DNA of 64,000 nucleotides from NCBI GenBank assembly GCA_002633005.1, contig NMRA01000013.1, positions 508,347-572,346 on the forward strand, in the 5' to 3' direction. The position numbers and the translations under genes were made by a program. Source of the DNA: Phoronis australis (Eukaryota > Animalia > Phoronida). Below are positions 1 through 14,500 of the stretch, piece by piece (the stretch's first letter is position 1; the number at the start of each line of letters is the position of its first letter). The notes beneath the pieces were generated by a model. That model was not told where the DNA came from and searched no databases. It saw only the letters and a list, made by a program, of their open reading frames with translations.

Positions 1-1724
1 ACGTAATTGGTTCAGATTTCACCAAGAGACTCACTTTTTCACGACACCACAGAGGGCGCATTAGGCAGGAGTTAATTACCATTCATGGTAGAATAATTTA
101 CAATATCAGTTGGAAGTGCATTAGTTTAACTTCTCCGCTAATTTGGAAATTAAAATCAAACTGATGATGATCGCCCATTTTCATACATACAAAATACCAG
201 TATCATGACAAAAAAGCTGGCTTTGTAAAATCTCACAAACTTTGGACAAAAACGATTGCTAAAATTGATTTTTTTTCTGTATTCAAAGATTTCTAATATT
301 GTTGTGAGCGCTCATAACGTCAAATGGCAGCTGTGGTATAGAATGTTAAACAATAAATCATTCATGTGACACTGCTTGTTCTTTATAAAAAGGCTTATTT
401 GTCTGACATTCTGTGCCCTCAATTGGTGAAATTTTACAAATTGGTTTGATCCAAGTGACAGAGCTGTCATGAACAAGAAATAGTGACTATCCATTGGGTA
501 ACAGGGAACAATTTTTTAAAAACTCAAAAGGTTGACAGAACTTTCAGCAGTATAGACCAGAAGAAACAAAGTTAAATGTACCCGATGACCGGCAAGCCAC
601 TACTCTGTCTAAATTTGTTGCGTAGGTACTAAAAATTCACAAAGGAAACCTAGACAAAGCCCTGGGCACAACATCTCTTGACCTACACACGTGTATCTCT
701 GTATCTCGTGTATCTCTGTATCTCGTGTATCTCGCACATCTTTATCTCTTGCCTTTTCTGCATTCAACCAAAACATACAACAGTCCAGACTACAGGTTCA
801 TGCAAGAACCACAACGCCATGACGAAGTAAATATGGTATTTCCTATTCACACCACAGCCCATTTCCCCACAATTAAAAACTTGATATCAAAACACAATCA
901 CTAAGGCAGGATATTGAACAAATAATCCTAATTTTTGCTCTCTCCACACTGCCACACTTCCTTTGTCAACCCACTCTATATCTTCAGCTGAGCGTGTATA
1001 ACAAATTTTATTGAATCTTGACTATAAGGTTCCCAGTGTTTTCCACCTCCACTACCCCAAATATGACAAAGGAAGAGGAATAAAAAATAGTATAATATCA
1101 TAGCACCAATATATTCCTTAGCAATAGTCCAACACCTGATATTTCAATGTCGTGTTTCATCAAGAGAGTGATGGAGTCTTGCACATACAAAAACCTGAGA
1201 CTATATGGGAATGAATTTTGTAAACCAATAAAAAAGCCCCATTCACACTCTGACTACATAGGGTGCAGACAGGCATTCTGGATCATTTTCAATCTAAAGT
1301 CGTATGTAAAGCTATGGACGAGATAGTGATTTAAAAAACGTGTACCAAAAACCGTGTGTCGACAGGGCATAAGACTGTAAGGTAATAAAAATATCCTGCT
1401 TCATTAAAAAGTCAAACTTGAACACGAGTCTTTAAACACAAAATTCTACCAGAACTATTCCATAATTTTTTTTTACCACACTCATGAGTCAGGCTAGTAG
1501 TTCACTCAACACCGTGTGTATTTATATCATAAGCAGAATTCAACATGGCCGACAGCCTAGAAAAACATGCCTATTATCTCACACTCACACCTTGTTTAAT
1601 TAGTCATTCAATACCTAAAACACCCTTCTACTCCAATTACATTTGCCATGCATGTAAAGTACATTTGGAAGGGAAAAGATGGACTGTTCTCAACATGAAA
1701 AAGCAAACTAATGGTAACCTGAAC

Positions 1725-1884
1725 ACTGCCTAAATCTATGACATTTTGCTAAAACTCTAACAAAGCTTGCTGTGCCATGTGTCCCACCAATGAGCTATAC
1801 CAGGACTGCCTAAATCTATGACATTTTGCTAAAACTCTAACAAAGCTTGCTGTGCCATGTGTCCCACCAATGAGCTATACCAGG
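1725..1884 (+). repeat. Exact 80-bp tandem duplication (2 copies)
   Basis: actgcctaaatctatg...gagctataccagg at 1725-1804 and 1805-1884. Confidence 0.95.
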
Positions 1885-1905
1885 GGTATAGCTCATTGGT
1901 CCCAC
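1861..1905. mobile_element. P/Galileo-type TIR remnant (31 bp) with 7-bp TSD
   Basis: gtcccac-[CAATGAGCTATACC agg GGTATAGCTCATTG]-gtcccac. Confidence 0.7.
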
Positions 1906-4141
1906 CAACCAAAAGTATTTCAATGTTATCTAACACTGAATTTATATTCAGGGTAATACTGAACTCTTACAGAGTTCAAGAAACCTTTTGTGAAGTGATC
2001 CAGCATAAAACTGACCCACATCCTGTTTACTGTTGAGGAAATGGAAAGCAAAAACAACACCACTATCCACCCATGGTTTCCATGGCAACAGATTCTAGAT
2101 GTTTCTATCTAACCACCAATAAATGACCAATAAATGGTTTTCGCGAAGACCAGCAGTGTTGACTTCAGAATAGCTTCAAAAACAACAGCTCCACGAGCAA
2201 AACGTGCGTGGAATTTAGTCGGGCTGATGATCAATAACAAAATCGATAACCATAGATTGACACCATTTGCAGATGAGTTTATAGGGGAGAACATTATACT
2301 ACCAACATGTATCAAGTTGTAAAATTGTGAAAACAACAGACTAATGGCTAAATAAGATGGCCTACATGTATTGCCCTAATTGTCTCCCTATTAAATGTTA
2401 TAGACATTTCTATACCTTCATTCTAAGCTGGCTGGTGTGTGAAGTTGCACACCACAGGTCCTTATACAACAATATTGCCTTCCTATCACATCATCTGGGC
2501 ATCACTATGAGCTAATCTGGTTACACAGTGAAAAGTTAAAAATTGCCAGTGGGGCTCCTAACCACAACTGTCAATACGCAGGACCAAATCAACATGTCGT
2601 GTACTTAGCTAAATATCTAGAAAACTGTAGATTCTAAACCAGTAAAAGTATATATTATCAGATAGAGGAAACATTTTTGACTTTGAAACACTTTGTCAAT
2701 AATTGGGTCACGTGACAATTCTTTTTTGGTAACGTTAGCAAAAAGAAAGCTGTACTGATGGCAAAACAACAGTATAGACAACATGATCAAATTTCACTTG
2801 ATTATGAAATCTCAGAAACGCTGTTTCAGTTGTCTACATCATCCCATTGTTTTCATTTACTGTAACTTTGAATCCGATCAGCCATTTCTGAAGTATCATG
2901 TTCCAAAGTCAGTCAACTGTGGCCGTTGTTCTAGAGTCTTAGATCACCTTAAGCTTCCTCAGAAAACATAATAATGTTCTACTCCCATATACCACACCTT
3001 TAAATTGATATCTTTGCATACTAATTGCCGATGCAAAGAAGGCAGACTTTTAGTCAGGAGGCATCTCAGGTACAAATTACCCACAAAATCGAATTGTATA
3101 TCGTGACAAGCCAAGTACTCTCCATGTGGGCGTTTCCCACAAAACACTCCGCGTACTCGCCAACGGAGTACTGAATAGGCGGATGAGTATTTCCTTAATT
3201 ACCCGTGAAATGAACACAACTACTTAGGATTAGATAAATCAACCGGATGACAAACATCTCGACAAGTATCTGTTAACGCGATGAGTTTCAATTCCGCACG
3301 ATAAGATCAATTTCTTTAATTGTAGAAATCCAGAGCATTAGCTAATTGATCAAAAACAATCATTTTGATTGATTAAGAAAAACAGCGAAGGCAGATGATG
3401 CGATTTCCATCTGATACAACGGTCAATTCCAGAAAAATGGACACCTGGTCACCCATCATCAGCACAAGAGTACATTCACAGCCATAACCACAACTCAAGG
3501 AATACATTTTCAGCTCAAAATATCATATCTGCTGACACACATGATATCACAACTTCCAAGGAAGATAATGCACTAAAACGTCACCAATTTGGGACATACT
3601 ATGGCGGACAAGTGAATATATTTATTTTTTTCGCTAAGCGGCGGTAAGTTGGTCCAGCACCCAGTAAATGCGTTGTCAGCATCACAGCTGCCACCAGACA
3701 AAGTATTGAAAAACTGTACCTGCACATTCACAGCAATTTTATGAACCGTGGAAAAATGAAAAAAGGTCAATTTTCACATTTTTAAAATTTTTTCCAAAGT
3801 TGGTGAGACTTTACTGCACTGTGGAAGCAAGACAAGGCCAGAGATTGCCCTGTCTTGGAATTCACTTCTCATTTTTTCAGATCATATTAAATTACAGTAC
3901 TTCTTTAGTCAATAAGTACACAATATGGTGGACACGTGCATATTGTGTAGGATCACATCAACAAAACCAATAAAATTTGACTCCATTGCCAATATGGTTT
4001 ATACAGAGGATCTGTCACAAGACAATATCAGGTGAAAATTTGATTATTTGTCCCAGGTAACCAGCCTTCAAAAAAGGTACGTTTGACATTTATTTGTGTG
4101 CAGAGTATCTAAAGAATTGCAGTAAACGACTGATTACTCAC

Positions 4142-4219
4142 CTTTCATTTTTGTTTGTAAAAAGCCTTGTTTACTGTCGACCCCGTCGAGAAGGGAAGGA
4201 GTGTGTTTGTATTCTGTGA
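4142..4219 (-). CDS. Unknown gene, repeat exon 4 (TEYKHTPSLLDGVDSKQGFLQTKMK)
   Basis: gtttgtttcag acceptor (an in-frame alternative AG would start the exon at 4213), AAG|GTGAGT donor, 78 nt, phase 1-1. Confidence 0.72.
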
Positions 4220-4947
4220 CTGAAACAAACATGAGAATAGGTGAGATTGTTATGCCAACAGTACGGACAGCAGACATTTTAACTATTCGTTCAACATTCT
4301 AATCGTTCTGTAAGCTACAGAAAAGGCAGATCTAGGAGGGCATAGGGGGGCAAAGTCTGAAGGAGAGGCGTTCGCAATAGCCCAAAAGTATTACGGTGCA
4401 CTTTTGGTCAAGACTAGATCCCCTAAATCTGACCATTGCTGGCCTCATTAAGGTTTTGTAGGTCAACACAGTGATCATATGCATATTAAACGTTCAGATA
4501 CGATCAAAATGCTGTTAAGAAGTTTTTTACATGTTCCGCTTTTGTATGATTGGTTATTAAAAAAATTGGGATTTTCATAATTTTCATGGAAAAACTCAAA
4601 AGTTGAATGAAACGAAAATGAAATGATAATTTAGGAAAACTGCAAAAGCATTTTATCAAACAGGTTGTTGATAGTGTTGTTTAGCTAAGGATGTACCTCT
4701 TTTTTTGCTAAATTTTACTAAAAAGACATGGTCATGTGACCCAATTAATGGAAGGTCAATAAAAAGCCAAAAATCAAATTCTTAAGACTTTCTACTTTCA
4801 CAAAATATACACTTTTTACAGATTCAATTTGTACGTTTTGTACATATTTGGCTATTAAATACAGACTTGTGGATAACATCCATAATAACTTAAATAGATC
4901 AATTCAAATGCGAGAAACAAAAAATCTTGACGATTTGATTGACTCAC

Positions 4948-5031
4948 CTTTCATTTTTGTTTGTAAAAACTCATTACTCAGACACATCTTTTTCTCCATG
5001 CCTTCACGTGGCGATGGTGTATGTCTGTACT
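4948..5031 (-). CDS. Unknown gene, repeat exon 3 (EYRHTPSPREGMEKKMCLSNEFLQTKMK)
   Basis: ggttacag acceptor, AAG|GTGAGT donor, 84 nt, phase 1-1. Confidence 0.72.
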
Positions 5032-6407
5032 CTGTAACCATAGACACAAAATCAATGAACTGGTGGAAGATTTGAACAATCATTCAGACTTGGGGTCTGT
5101 TTTATACAGAAATTTGGTCCGACGCCTCCATATCACACAATTCCATAAAGGTTTAGCCATGTAATGATACGCATATCTTAGCCTAGAAATAATTTAAAGA
5201 AATTAGTGTGGAGTGCAAGAACAAATTTTTGACATAAAGACACTTTGCATGAAACAGTTCCCTGAACTTGTACATTAGGTACATACGCTCTTCAATTCAG
5301 CAACCATGTGACATTGTACACGTCAAATTTGTCAAAAAAGTAACATGTGTGAGAAAATCTGACTCCATCATCAGCACGTTCGTTGTAAAACGAAAGTAAG
5401 CAAAATCTTCTGCAATTAATGAAATTACAATCAAATTTCAAAAAACGACAAAACTATAACAAGAGAGAAATATCAATCACTCCTCACAAGGTAGGCTTTG
5501 AGCCTTTATTGAAGCTTCACATCATAGCAGTCAGCACTGAACATCTATATTACAATAAGAGATAAATGAAGACAAAGGCCGCCCACCAGCAGTGACTACA
5601 ATAATTACTCTACACTTGCCATTGATTTGCGCAATCACAGGACCTAACAGGCTTAAAAACACTTATACATAGACGTGTGTGGGCGAGGATGCTGTTATCT
5701 GAAGAGTTGATTATGGAACATTTTTAAAAATAATCCCACTGTTTCAACAACTGTACGTGTCTCAGCAGGGTATGGATGCCTCAAGTGACACTATCGCCAT
5801 TTTGAATCTCCTATAATGGTTCCAAATATTTCCCACAACAAAAGCATCAAAATGAGATAATTATGATCGTTGTGGTTTCCCCCTATAAAAATGAAAGTAA
5901 CTGAAGCTCAGCCTCACCAGTTAACTTGGTTTGTAGTTCGCCGCCAACAGATGGCGACACATCATGAGGTGACGGCGTGTGTCTGTAGTCTGGTACTGAA
6001 AAGAACATGAACATCATAAAATGAGAATCCTACTTTTGAACAGCTAATAGAGCTATTCCCACTTTAAATAAATGCATTAATTAACTTTAGTTCTGAGCTC
6101 AGTGGAGCCAACTACATAAATTATGTTAATGAACATGAGATCTAATGCCTCTTGCCGCTTTCTGGGTTATGTATATTCATTGTATTCTGAAGATTTCGTA
6201 ATAAACATTAAAAAAAAAACATGAGAAATCGAATGGTAAAGATTTGCAAAAATTAACGCCGATTTGCAAAAATTTGACAGTAAGTAAATCGAATTGCTAT
6301 TGTTTGTCATATTCGTATCATATACCAGTGAGGTGCTTGTTTTCTGTCTTGCCAACAAATTACATAGAGTAGGTCTAAACAACGATGAGTGAAAACATCC
6401 AACAAAC

Positions 6408-6539
6408 CTTTTGTTTGTAAGAATGTGTTGCTGGGACAATGTCGTTTCACCAACGGCTCCTCAGTCGCTAACATTCCGTTTGTCAGGTATTGTCGTTTAC
6501 GTAGACTGTCGTCATGAGGTGAAGGAGAATGTCTATAAT
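6408..6539 (-). CDS. Unknown gene, repeat exon 2 (DYRHSPSPHDDSLRKRQYLTNGMLATEEPLVKRHCPSNTFLQTK)
   Basis: tttttttcag acceptor, GTTTGT donor, 132 nt, phase 1-1; within ORF 6307..6564. Confidence 0.72.
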
Positions 6540-6903
6540 CTGAAAAAAATAAAAGACAAGTCATAAGTAGAAATATGTAAGAACGATGCAGGACATTTCA
6601 GGGTCAAGGTACACCTGGAAAACACTCAGTTAGTCAACAGTATTACACCATGCCATACTCAATCATTCTTTATAGTTCTGCAGGGCACTGTTTTGTATTA
6701 TGCAGTGTAATGTACTTTGGAAGTATCGTATTATTCGACATTGGCCCATTTGTACTGTATTGCACTGAACTGCACTACACTACGCAGTACTTTGAAGTAC
6801 CGCACAGTACAGCACTGCAATGTATAGTGCTACTGCAGTACTAAGTTGTACTAACTCCACTGCTATGTACTGTGTCACAAAGCTATATAAATTTCTAACA
6901 CAC

Positions 6904-6990
6904 CTGCTGCCTTTGCCTGTAAAAAGTCTGTGTTAGAACACTGCTGTTTACTTGATGGTCTGTTGCCTGTTATTGAATTGTGCCGGTATT
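6904..6990 (-). CDS. Unknown gene, repeat exon 1 (EYRHNSITGNRPSSKQQCSNTDFLQAKAA)
   Basis: T-rich tract plus cag acceptor, GTGTGT donor, 87 nt, phase 1-1; paralogous to the three exons below. Confidence 0.7.
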
Positions 6991-8472
6991 CTGAAAAAAA
7001 AAACAGAAAAACAATATGTAAGAACCCTTGTCATAAAAAAACATTACAAAGCAGAGAAAGCGATGCACAAAATGAATCCAAAATTCTGAATGTAGATTAC
7101 GAAGACTGATAGCATTGTTGTGAACCTTAAAATTGTGAGAGCAGTGAAACAGGAGAGTACTTATATATCATTGTTTGATGCATTCCTAAAAGTTTTACAT
7201 AAAAGACGAGATCTACAGTAAATTGAAAAGTCCTCAAACAGCATACTTTGTGAAACCTTGAATCTCAACAAGAGTTGTTTTTAAATGGAAAAGAACAATA
7301 TCAGTTTAACTTGATGAAAATTTAAGGTTAGTAATCCCGTAAAAATGACTGAGATTTCAAGTACTGTTGACTAATCAAAACAGACTTCCAAACTTGATAT
7401 TTTTACATACCTGCCAAGCTTTCCATAATTTCAAGCTTCATCAGAGCGACCGTGAAATCAACTGAAACAATTTTAAATGAATAAATTAAATCCAATTTAT
7501 CATTAATTCAGAATTTCCAAAAAGATTAAAAAGCGAATTATCTGATTCAGCACTTCCTCAAATACTGAAGTGTCTCTCGCTAGACAAAAATTACACCTGT
7601 CTGTATTCTAATAACTGTAATGCATGCCACTCCAAGAGCTCATGCTATACACCACTAGCACAAATGAAACCATAGTAGTAATTATGACAGCTCTTGATAA
7701 CTGCTCCAAACTTTAAGTCTGGTTATATAACAGATTTCCCTCACAAAAACCAAAGCTTGTGTCCACACCATCTAAACCTGATAATCATTACCAATCACAC
7801 CAACAGTTGTAAAACTGCTACTTACATCAACTTGCTCCAGAAGAACGGGAGCTTCAAACAACAATATCAAACTATCACAGGGTGTTGTATTGAAAACAGG
7901 AACCCCGGAGTAAAACAGATATCATGGAGTCAAAATCAGACTCCCGCACCTTCAAAACAGCTAACCAGTCCAAAAAACAGGAACACGATCTTAAAACAAG
8001 AGTACCGGGGAGCGGACAGGAAACCCCGGGGATCGAAAAAAATTGTCTCCAAGACTACACCAGTAAGGTGATGTCATACTTTTCATTCCTACAAATGTCA
8101 GGCCATCAATCCTGCACAAAATTCACATCAAGTGTTGAACAATTCCAGGAATTCTAAATGGATCACTTATGCACTGAGCAAAGACAACAAAAACACTGAT
8201 GCATATTTACTAGAACAGACCAATAGAGTGTGATGAAATGAGGTCGTGCGGAGGTTACCAGGTCATGAGATAGAGTATGGATGCAACTTAAAATCAAGGA
8301 AATGAACTCCTTATTTATAATTATACTTCACTTAAGTTGATGTCGAACAAAAACAGCTGATTAAAGATGGCGTACTTGTTCATTTTACATCTACTTAGCG
8401 TTTAACTTTCTCTTCAGTAACAAAAACTGGTCCACATTAATAGAATCAGAAAAGACAAAACAGAATACATAC

Positions 8473-8501
8473 CTATAATTGCCATAGTTCTTGTAACAAC
8501 A
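8473..8501 (-). CDS. Candidate upstream exon of the repeat-exon gene, possibly carrying the start codon (MAII)
   Basis: agttttacag acceptor, TAG|GTATGT donor; ATG GCA ATT ATA G ends in phase 1, compatible with exon 6904-6990. Confidence 0.35.
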
Positions 8502-11500
8502 CTGTAAAACTCCGAACTAATGGTCCAATCATCTAATTGACAAGCTGACTTAACAGTTATCAAGCTAGGAATAACGGCAGATTGGCGCCAAAACACTTTA
8601 TTAGTTTTAACAGATGACATTTACTCAACTGTATCACTGATATAAGTCAAGTCAGCCAATCGCTAATCTAAATAACATTTTTTTATCAGAAACACATCAC
8701 AATACTTCTCATCTGTCAATATCTGACGCAATGTTCTTGTATTCAAACATAACTGAACTAAGGGTGGACCATCTTCATAGCTAGATTAGAGGAACTCCAG
8801 ACAGCAAATTACTGTGGTTACCCATATATCATGTGTAGGGCATCAACCAATGACAAATTCGAAAGCCGTCTAGTTACAAAGACACTGAGAAGGACACCCC
8901 AAAACCATTATTCCTTCCTGAAGACACAAGATAAGATTCACTACATCAACTATTTGTTACACGAGTTTTATCACAACACGGCCATCTCTAAAATTCTGAC
9001 GGCCACACGCAATGCTATCCAATGAACAAACAACACAAAACAAAGCTCATAATCACTTTAATTATTAGAAATATTCCATAATAAGACCTCAGCTCTAGAA
9101 CGGATCTGGTGAACTTTTCATGGAACTGGCAATTTGCTGCATGCAATTATTGATCTGAGAGTGATAACATTAAAGGAAATTGTTGAGAAAATTTGATAAA
9201 AGCCTCGGGAAGCTATTTGGAACAGACTTAAGATTTCCTGCATAGCTGAAGGGGAAAAATCTATAGTTAAGGACACTAGACGGCACACAAATGGAATTTA
9301 ATTTTGTAAAATTTCTCAACACAAGTTAATTTTTAAGAAAGTTTTATTTCATTTTCAGCACGATTTATGACAAACTGGTATAATTTTGAACATTTACTAC
9401 GATGCAGTAAACCTTTCCAAATTAGAAAAATGACAATTTAAACACTTCTTCAAACAAAAAATTCTTGCTGTATGTCTTCTAAAATTCTCCATTTGCAGTC
9501 ATCTCAGTGACCCTGAACTGACCTTGAAAATGGACAAAGAATGGCAGCTTCACTATGACTGACTATGAACCAGTCCAAAATGTTCAACTGCTTTACAGCA
9601 GCTGAGCACAGTTTCAGAGCAGACATTGGTGTGCCATAAACAAAACTCATCAAATAATTCCAGGAATTCCTCCAGCCTGCTGGGCTGGAGCAATTTGGCT
9701 GACTGAGCTCAGTTCATTGTCTTGGAGATTTGATCTCTGAAGACCTCACACATGCACCCCATTAAAACACTTACCACAAATTCCATGAACCTGCTTCAGT
9801 CAATACCTAACTCTAAATTCTTATAACTCTAAATTCTAACCTTTTCCCCTGTGTAACACTATCAGTCCTGAGACTGCAAGGAACCTTTTGAAGTTAGAAA
9901 ACAGGAATCTAAGGTAAAATCTCACCAATTAAGACACTGTAGTAGACAAGTGAAATTTTCTTTTTTCATTTTTTTCACAAAAGATATAAATGAAGCCCTA
10001 AAAAGTTTATTAGCTACACGCCATCAAATAATGTTATGAAAAATTACGTAAATTTTCAACAATAAATGAAAAAAGGTTGATTTTGGCAATTAATTTTGTC
10101 CAAAATCTGTGAGACTTTACCATTACTGCAACTTCTATGCTCCTATGAGATACCTTTAGACCTTTTAATTAATATAACAAGTTCCTGATTATACAAGATT
10201 GTACTGAATGAAACATTCAGTTTGCCCGATAGCCATTTCAGCTAGGTGCACCTTCACAAATGGTCCATTTTAAACACAAGGTCAGACTTATTGCTAAAAA
10301 TGTCCTATATGCAGAGTACACTACCAATTTATAAAGCAGACAAATCCAAAAGTCATTCATCAAAACATGACAGCCATGCGAAAAAAAAAACTTTCAATTT
10401 CCTCTGAATTACAAATTCACTGTGACTACACAACACTTAGCAAAAAACACACATTTCACACAATTTCAACAACTATAATATTATCTGAAAGCATATCAGC
10501 TGGTTTATAAATCTTCCCCACCCTTGTTAAAGATTTATTCAAGGTTGCCTAATCAGTTGAAATACCCCAACCTCACCACAGTGGAATTTCCTAGGGAACT
10601 TCACAGTAGACAATGCATTATCTACACAGCTTGTCTGGGTAAAACGTGTAAACCTGTGACCAAAACTTTATTTGAAACCTTGGACTTATTCATTTTGGGA
10701 GCACCTTCGGCATTTTCAAAAGATTGTTTCAAGAACTTCATGAAACATCAGTACTACAAAGAAGAGGTTTGCACTTGTAATCTTAAAATTAAATCTAAAG
10801 ACAAAAATAGTTAACAGGGTCCTCACAAGATGTCACCATAAGTGTTCCCAGATAATTGGACACCAAAAGAACAGTAATTGAAACACGAAAATAACCACTT
10901 TCATCCTTGCACGTATGAAAAAGTTCACCATCATGACAAAAGTACAGCCAAAAATACCAACAATTCGGAAATCGCGACAATGTCTAAAAATGAAATCAAA
11001 AACAGAGTGGAAATGGTTAATTTGAGCCTTGAGAAGTCAATCTTACTGGAGACTACTCCAATACATAAAAGCCTTTTCCATCAACTAGGCACATCTCCTT
11101 TTCTTCAAATCATTAGTTTGATAGATTCAATTCACACTTTCAAGTGGCATCTAGTGAATTACCTACCCACAACACACAACATTTAATAGGTGCAAATTAA
11201 CCTCAGTATGTACACAACAGCAGGATGCAGGAGTGCGAGTAAATAAAAACTTCAATATTCAATACTTCACATCACAAGCGGAATCATGATTTGAAAGGAA
11301 AGACAATTACTGTCTGAACCTCGATGATTTATTGATGGAGGATATTCTAACACCTTGACATCTTCCACACTTTACCTGGATTAAAGGAAATGATAATAGT
11401 GACCAGTAAAAACCTGCATTCTAGATAACTCCCCTGCCAAGGTGATTGATTGTGAGAGATACATGCTATCTCCTATAGACCTGAACAAAAGTAATTTAGT

Positions 11501-14500
11501 TTCACAAATAGACTCCTGATATAGTGTTGAACTTAATTTAGATCCTGAATGCCATACCTGGTGGGAATACTCATTTCACATGTCTCATGATTAAAACACT
11601 CTTTGGTGGGCAGAAACTCAACCATAAACAATTTATGAAACCAGGTGACATATCATATTCAGTTTCAACCACTAACACCTACTCAGACAAACATTTTCAG
11701 AATTCTTTCCACAGACATTTTTCTTTTTTTTCAACATTCCGTCATCTGCTACAGAACCAGGGGCAGTAGAAAGCAGATTTACGGACAAGACAACATTCCA
11801 CTTTTGTCTTTAGTCTTCAATGAATGTGTGACATTCTGTAGGTACAAGATATAGATCCAGGAATGTGACTCAAGGGGGTCTGACATTAAGGAAATGCGCC
11901 AGAGAGACATTACAGTACATAGTAACAGCAGTGCAAGAGATAAAGTGCTCGAAGATTGTGGACCCCTTGAAGCCCTCAGAACCACCATTCTCACAGACAT
12001 TAATGGACACTTTCTCAAACTATTCAAATGCCAGTAGCGACTCCATCTGCTGTTTGAAGCGAAAGAAGTGGAATAATTTCCCCATTCGGAACTTACAAAA
12101 ATAACAATCTACAAATACCCACTAGTTACACAAGTCCTCAGAATAATGATAACTGATTAGCCAGCTTCTTCCAAGTTAAGAATTTACTCCTATTTTAAGT
12201 AAGGAAAAAGGCGAGATTGATTTCGCATGCATAAGTGATCTAATTAAAAAGTTACCTTTGAGACGTACAGAATTCATTGAATGAGGATGTATCGGGCTAA
12301 AACTTGACTGTTTCAAATTGGAGTCTATAAAACCTGGGCATATTCCTTAGAGTCTCGTATGTTTTGTTTATACGACCTTGAACAAAGCTCAAAAAACCCA
12401 CTGCCCCCTCACCCATCCCCACATCCTGTGTTCAGACCACAAAGCTGCAACTGTAACACCTGAGAACAGACAAGCAGCAGATCTAAAATTTGGAAATGTA
12501 AGCTGAGATTTTAGACAACTTGTATTGGTCACACATGTGTGACATATGTGTTTTAACATTGACAGCTAGTCGAGTTGCCTCACACGAAAAAGTCCCAACG
12601 GCATTTTTTGTAACACAGAAAATCGTTTTTTGGTCGTTAAGGTTGTGCAACTTCAGATCTGTGCGTGCGAGCTGGATTTCTGAATTGCCAGTTGGTATTT
12701 TGTCCAGATCACAAACGACACCAAAACACTCGCTTAATCTTTCTTGGGATTTTTTGCCACCAAACTTCCCCCAGAGCCGCAACAAAGCACCTAACATCAA
12801 ACCAGCTGAACTTCGCATGCCCTATCCCAAGTGCAGGGCATTCCAGTGACCGTGTGTTTTGAGTTCCACCCTTATCATATGTCTAGACATGGATATGTGC
12901 TAATACTACAGCCAGCCCAGGGTTTGTGGCAACAGAGAAATGCTGAAATCATTAATGCCTCTAAGGTAGCAGTATGACTCCCACTCTCAACCCATTGTTA
13001 CCAGGGTCAGTCAACTAGAAAAGTGCCCTGTGTCACCTATCACACAGTTTATGAAAGCCTGGGGTTTTGTGCACTTTTCCTGTGAACTCTTTTCGAAAGA
13101 CCGTAGTTTGCCTTGCTCACAAAGATAAAACGAAAAATATCAGTTGAGCACTTCAAAATGAAATGTGAGAATAAATCATAACATTGGCAAAGCAGAGCAG
13201 ATATTTGCACTTACCTTCAAAATTGAAGAAAAACACATAGCGTGAAATAATGTAACCCATTGAATTTTAATTTTATTTGTAAAAAATACGGTATTCAAAT
13301 AGAAAACTCTGGGTAAATATGATGACAAATTTTGTTTTAGTAGGCCTACACAACCGAGGACGTCAAGCAAAGCATTAAAAACAACTTGGCATGTTATAGA
13401 AATGCAGTTTTCCCTGGTGACATTTCAAGGGTATGCAGTCCAGGTGATATTTTCAATTTGTGCAGCAGCCTTGGATATGTACAATTTCCAAGACTAACTG
13501 GAGTTGTGATAAACTGGCACAATACACAGGAGAATTTTAAATTCTTATCTGTTTACTCTGTGGTGCAAAAACCATGGTAACAAAAGCAGATAGCAAAATG
13601 GCCCTTGGGCGAGGCCACTTTTTGTTGCAGTCAACAACAGTCAATACTCAATCAATTTGTAAACACTGTTGCTGCAATTCGTAAATTATTTTTAACACTT
13701 TATAAACATAAGGGTACAAATCTAGCCTAAAAATTCCAATTTTATAAAATTAAATGTGAATGGAGGTGATCCAAAATAAAAATCAGCTTAGTGATAAGAT
13801 GTTCCCAAAACATTCTCCATATTCACCTGTAAAATGGTTGAATAAAACACACCTGTTGGTTACAATTTTCGAATCAGTCCTTCAGCATTAGTTTCCCTAA
13901 CTCCAAAGGTCATCCATATTAACCTCCATGATCAACTGTACCAAGTCACCTCTGAGTGAAATCTCAACTTAGTGTAGATTGTGATAAATCCGCGGTTCTG
14001 TCTCTGAGCACAGCTTGTCAATTTTACTAGAAAGAATCGCTAATTATCTTGACATGACTGAAATTTCGTTTTAATCCGGAATTTCGAACAGTACGCGTGA
14101 TGGAAGACATGATCCACGTCATTAGAGATCAATAATTTATCAGAGTAAAATCTACATCTAAAACCTCCCCACTCCCCCCNCAGCTGGAATCAATTAAATA
14201 CGTGCGAGTGTGGTTTTCTTCTTTCTCCTAACTCTGAAAAGTAATTTACTGGGAGCGACAGAAATGCTTGGTGCCGTTTCCTCCATAAAACGGGCTATGA
14301 CGGCTATGTTATTCAGCGGCTGAAACTTAGTCGACTGTAGGCAATGTGCACGTCGCGCTTACCGCCAGAAGCAGGTTTATTGCGCTTTGAAGAAACGGAG
14401 GTTCATACACTGATTGCTCAATCTTTACAATGAAGCACGGCATAGGAAATGGATGGCTTTGCAGTTAGGCAGAGGAAGTCTGTGACAGGAAATATAAAGA

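Noticed and set aside
690-733. cgtgtatctctgtatct repeat
   Set aside because: Ordinary short slippage repeat.
2109-3200. Short ORFs at 2109-2336 and about 3080-3170 as further exons of the repeat-exon gene
   Set aside because: They lack the YRH/FLQ motif and have no convincing phase-compatible splice pairs.
11842-12104. Protein-like plus-strand ORF after an AG acceptor
   Set aside because: No recognisable domain, no partner exons and an ambiguous frame.
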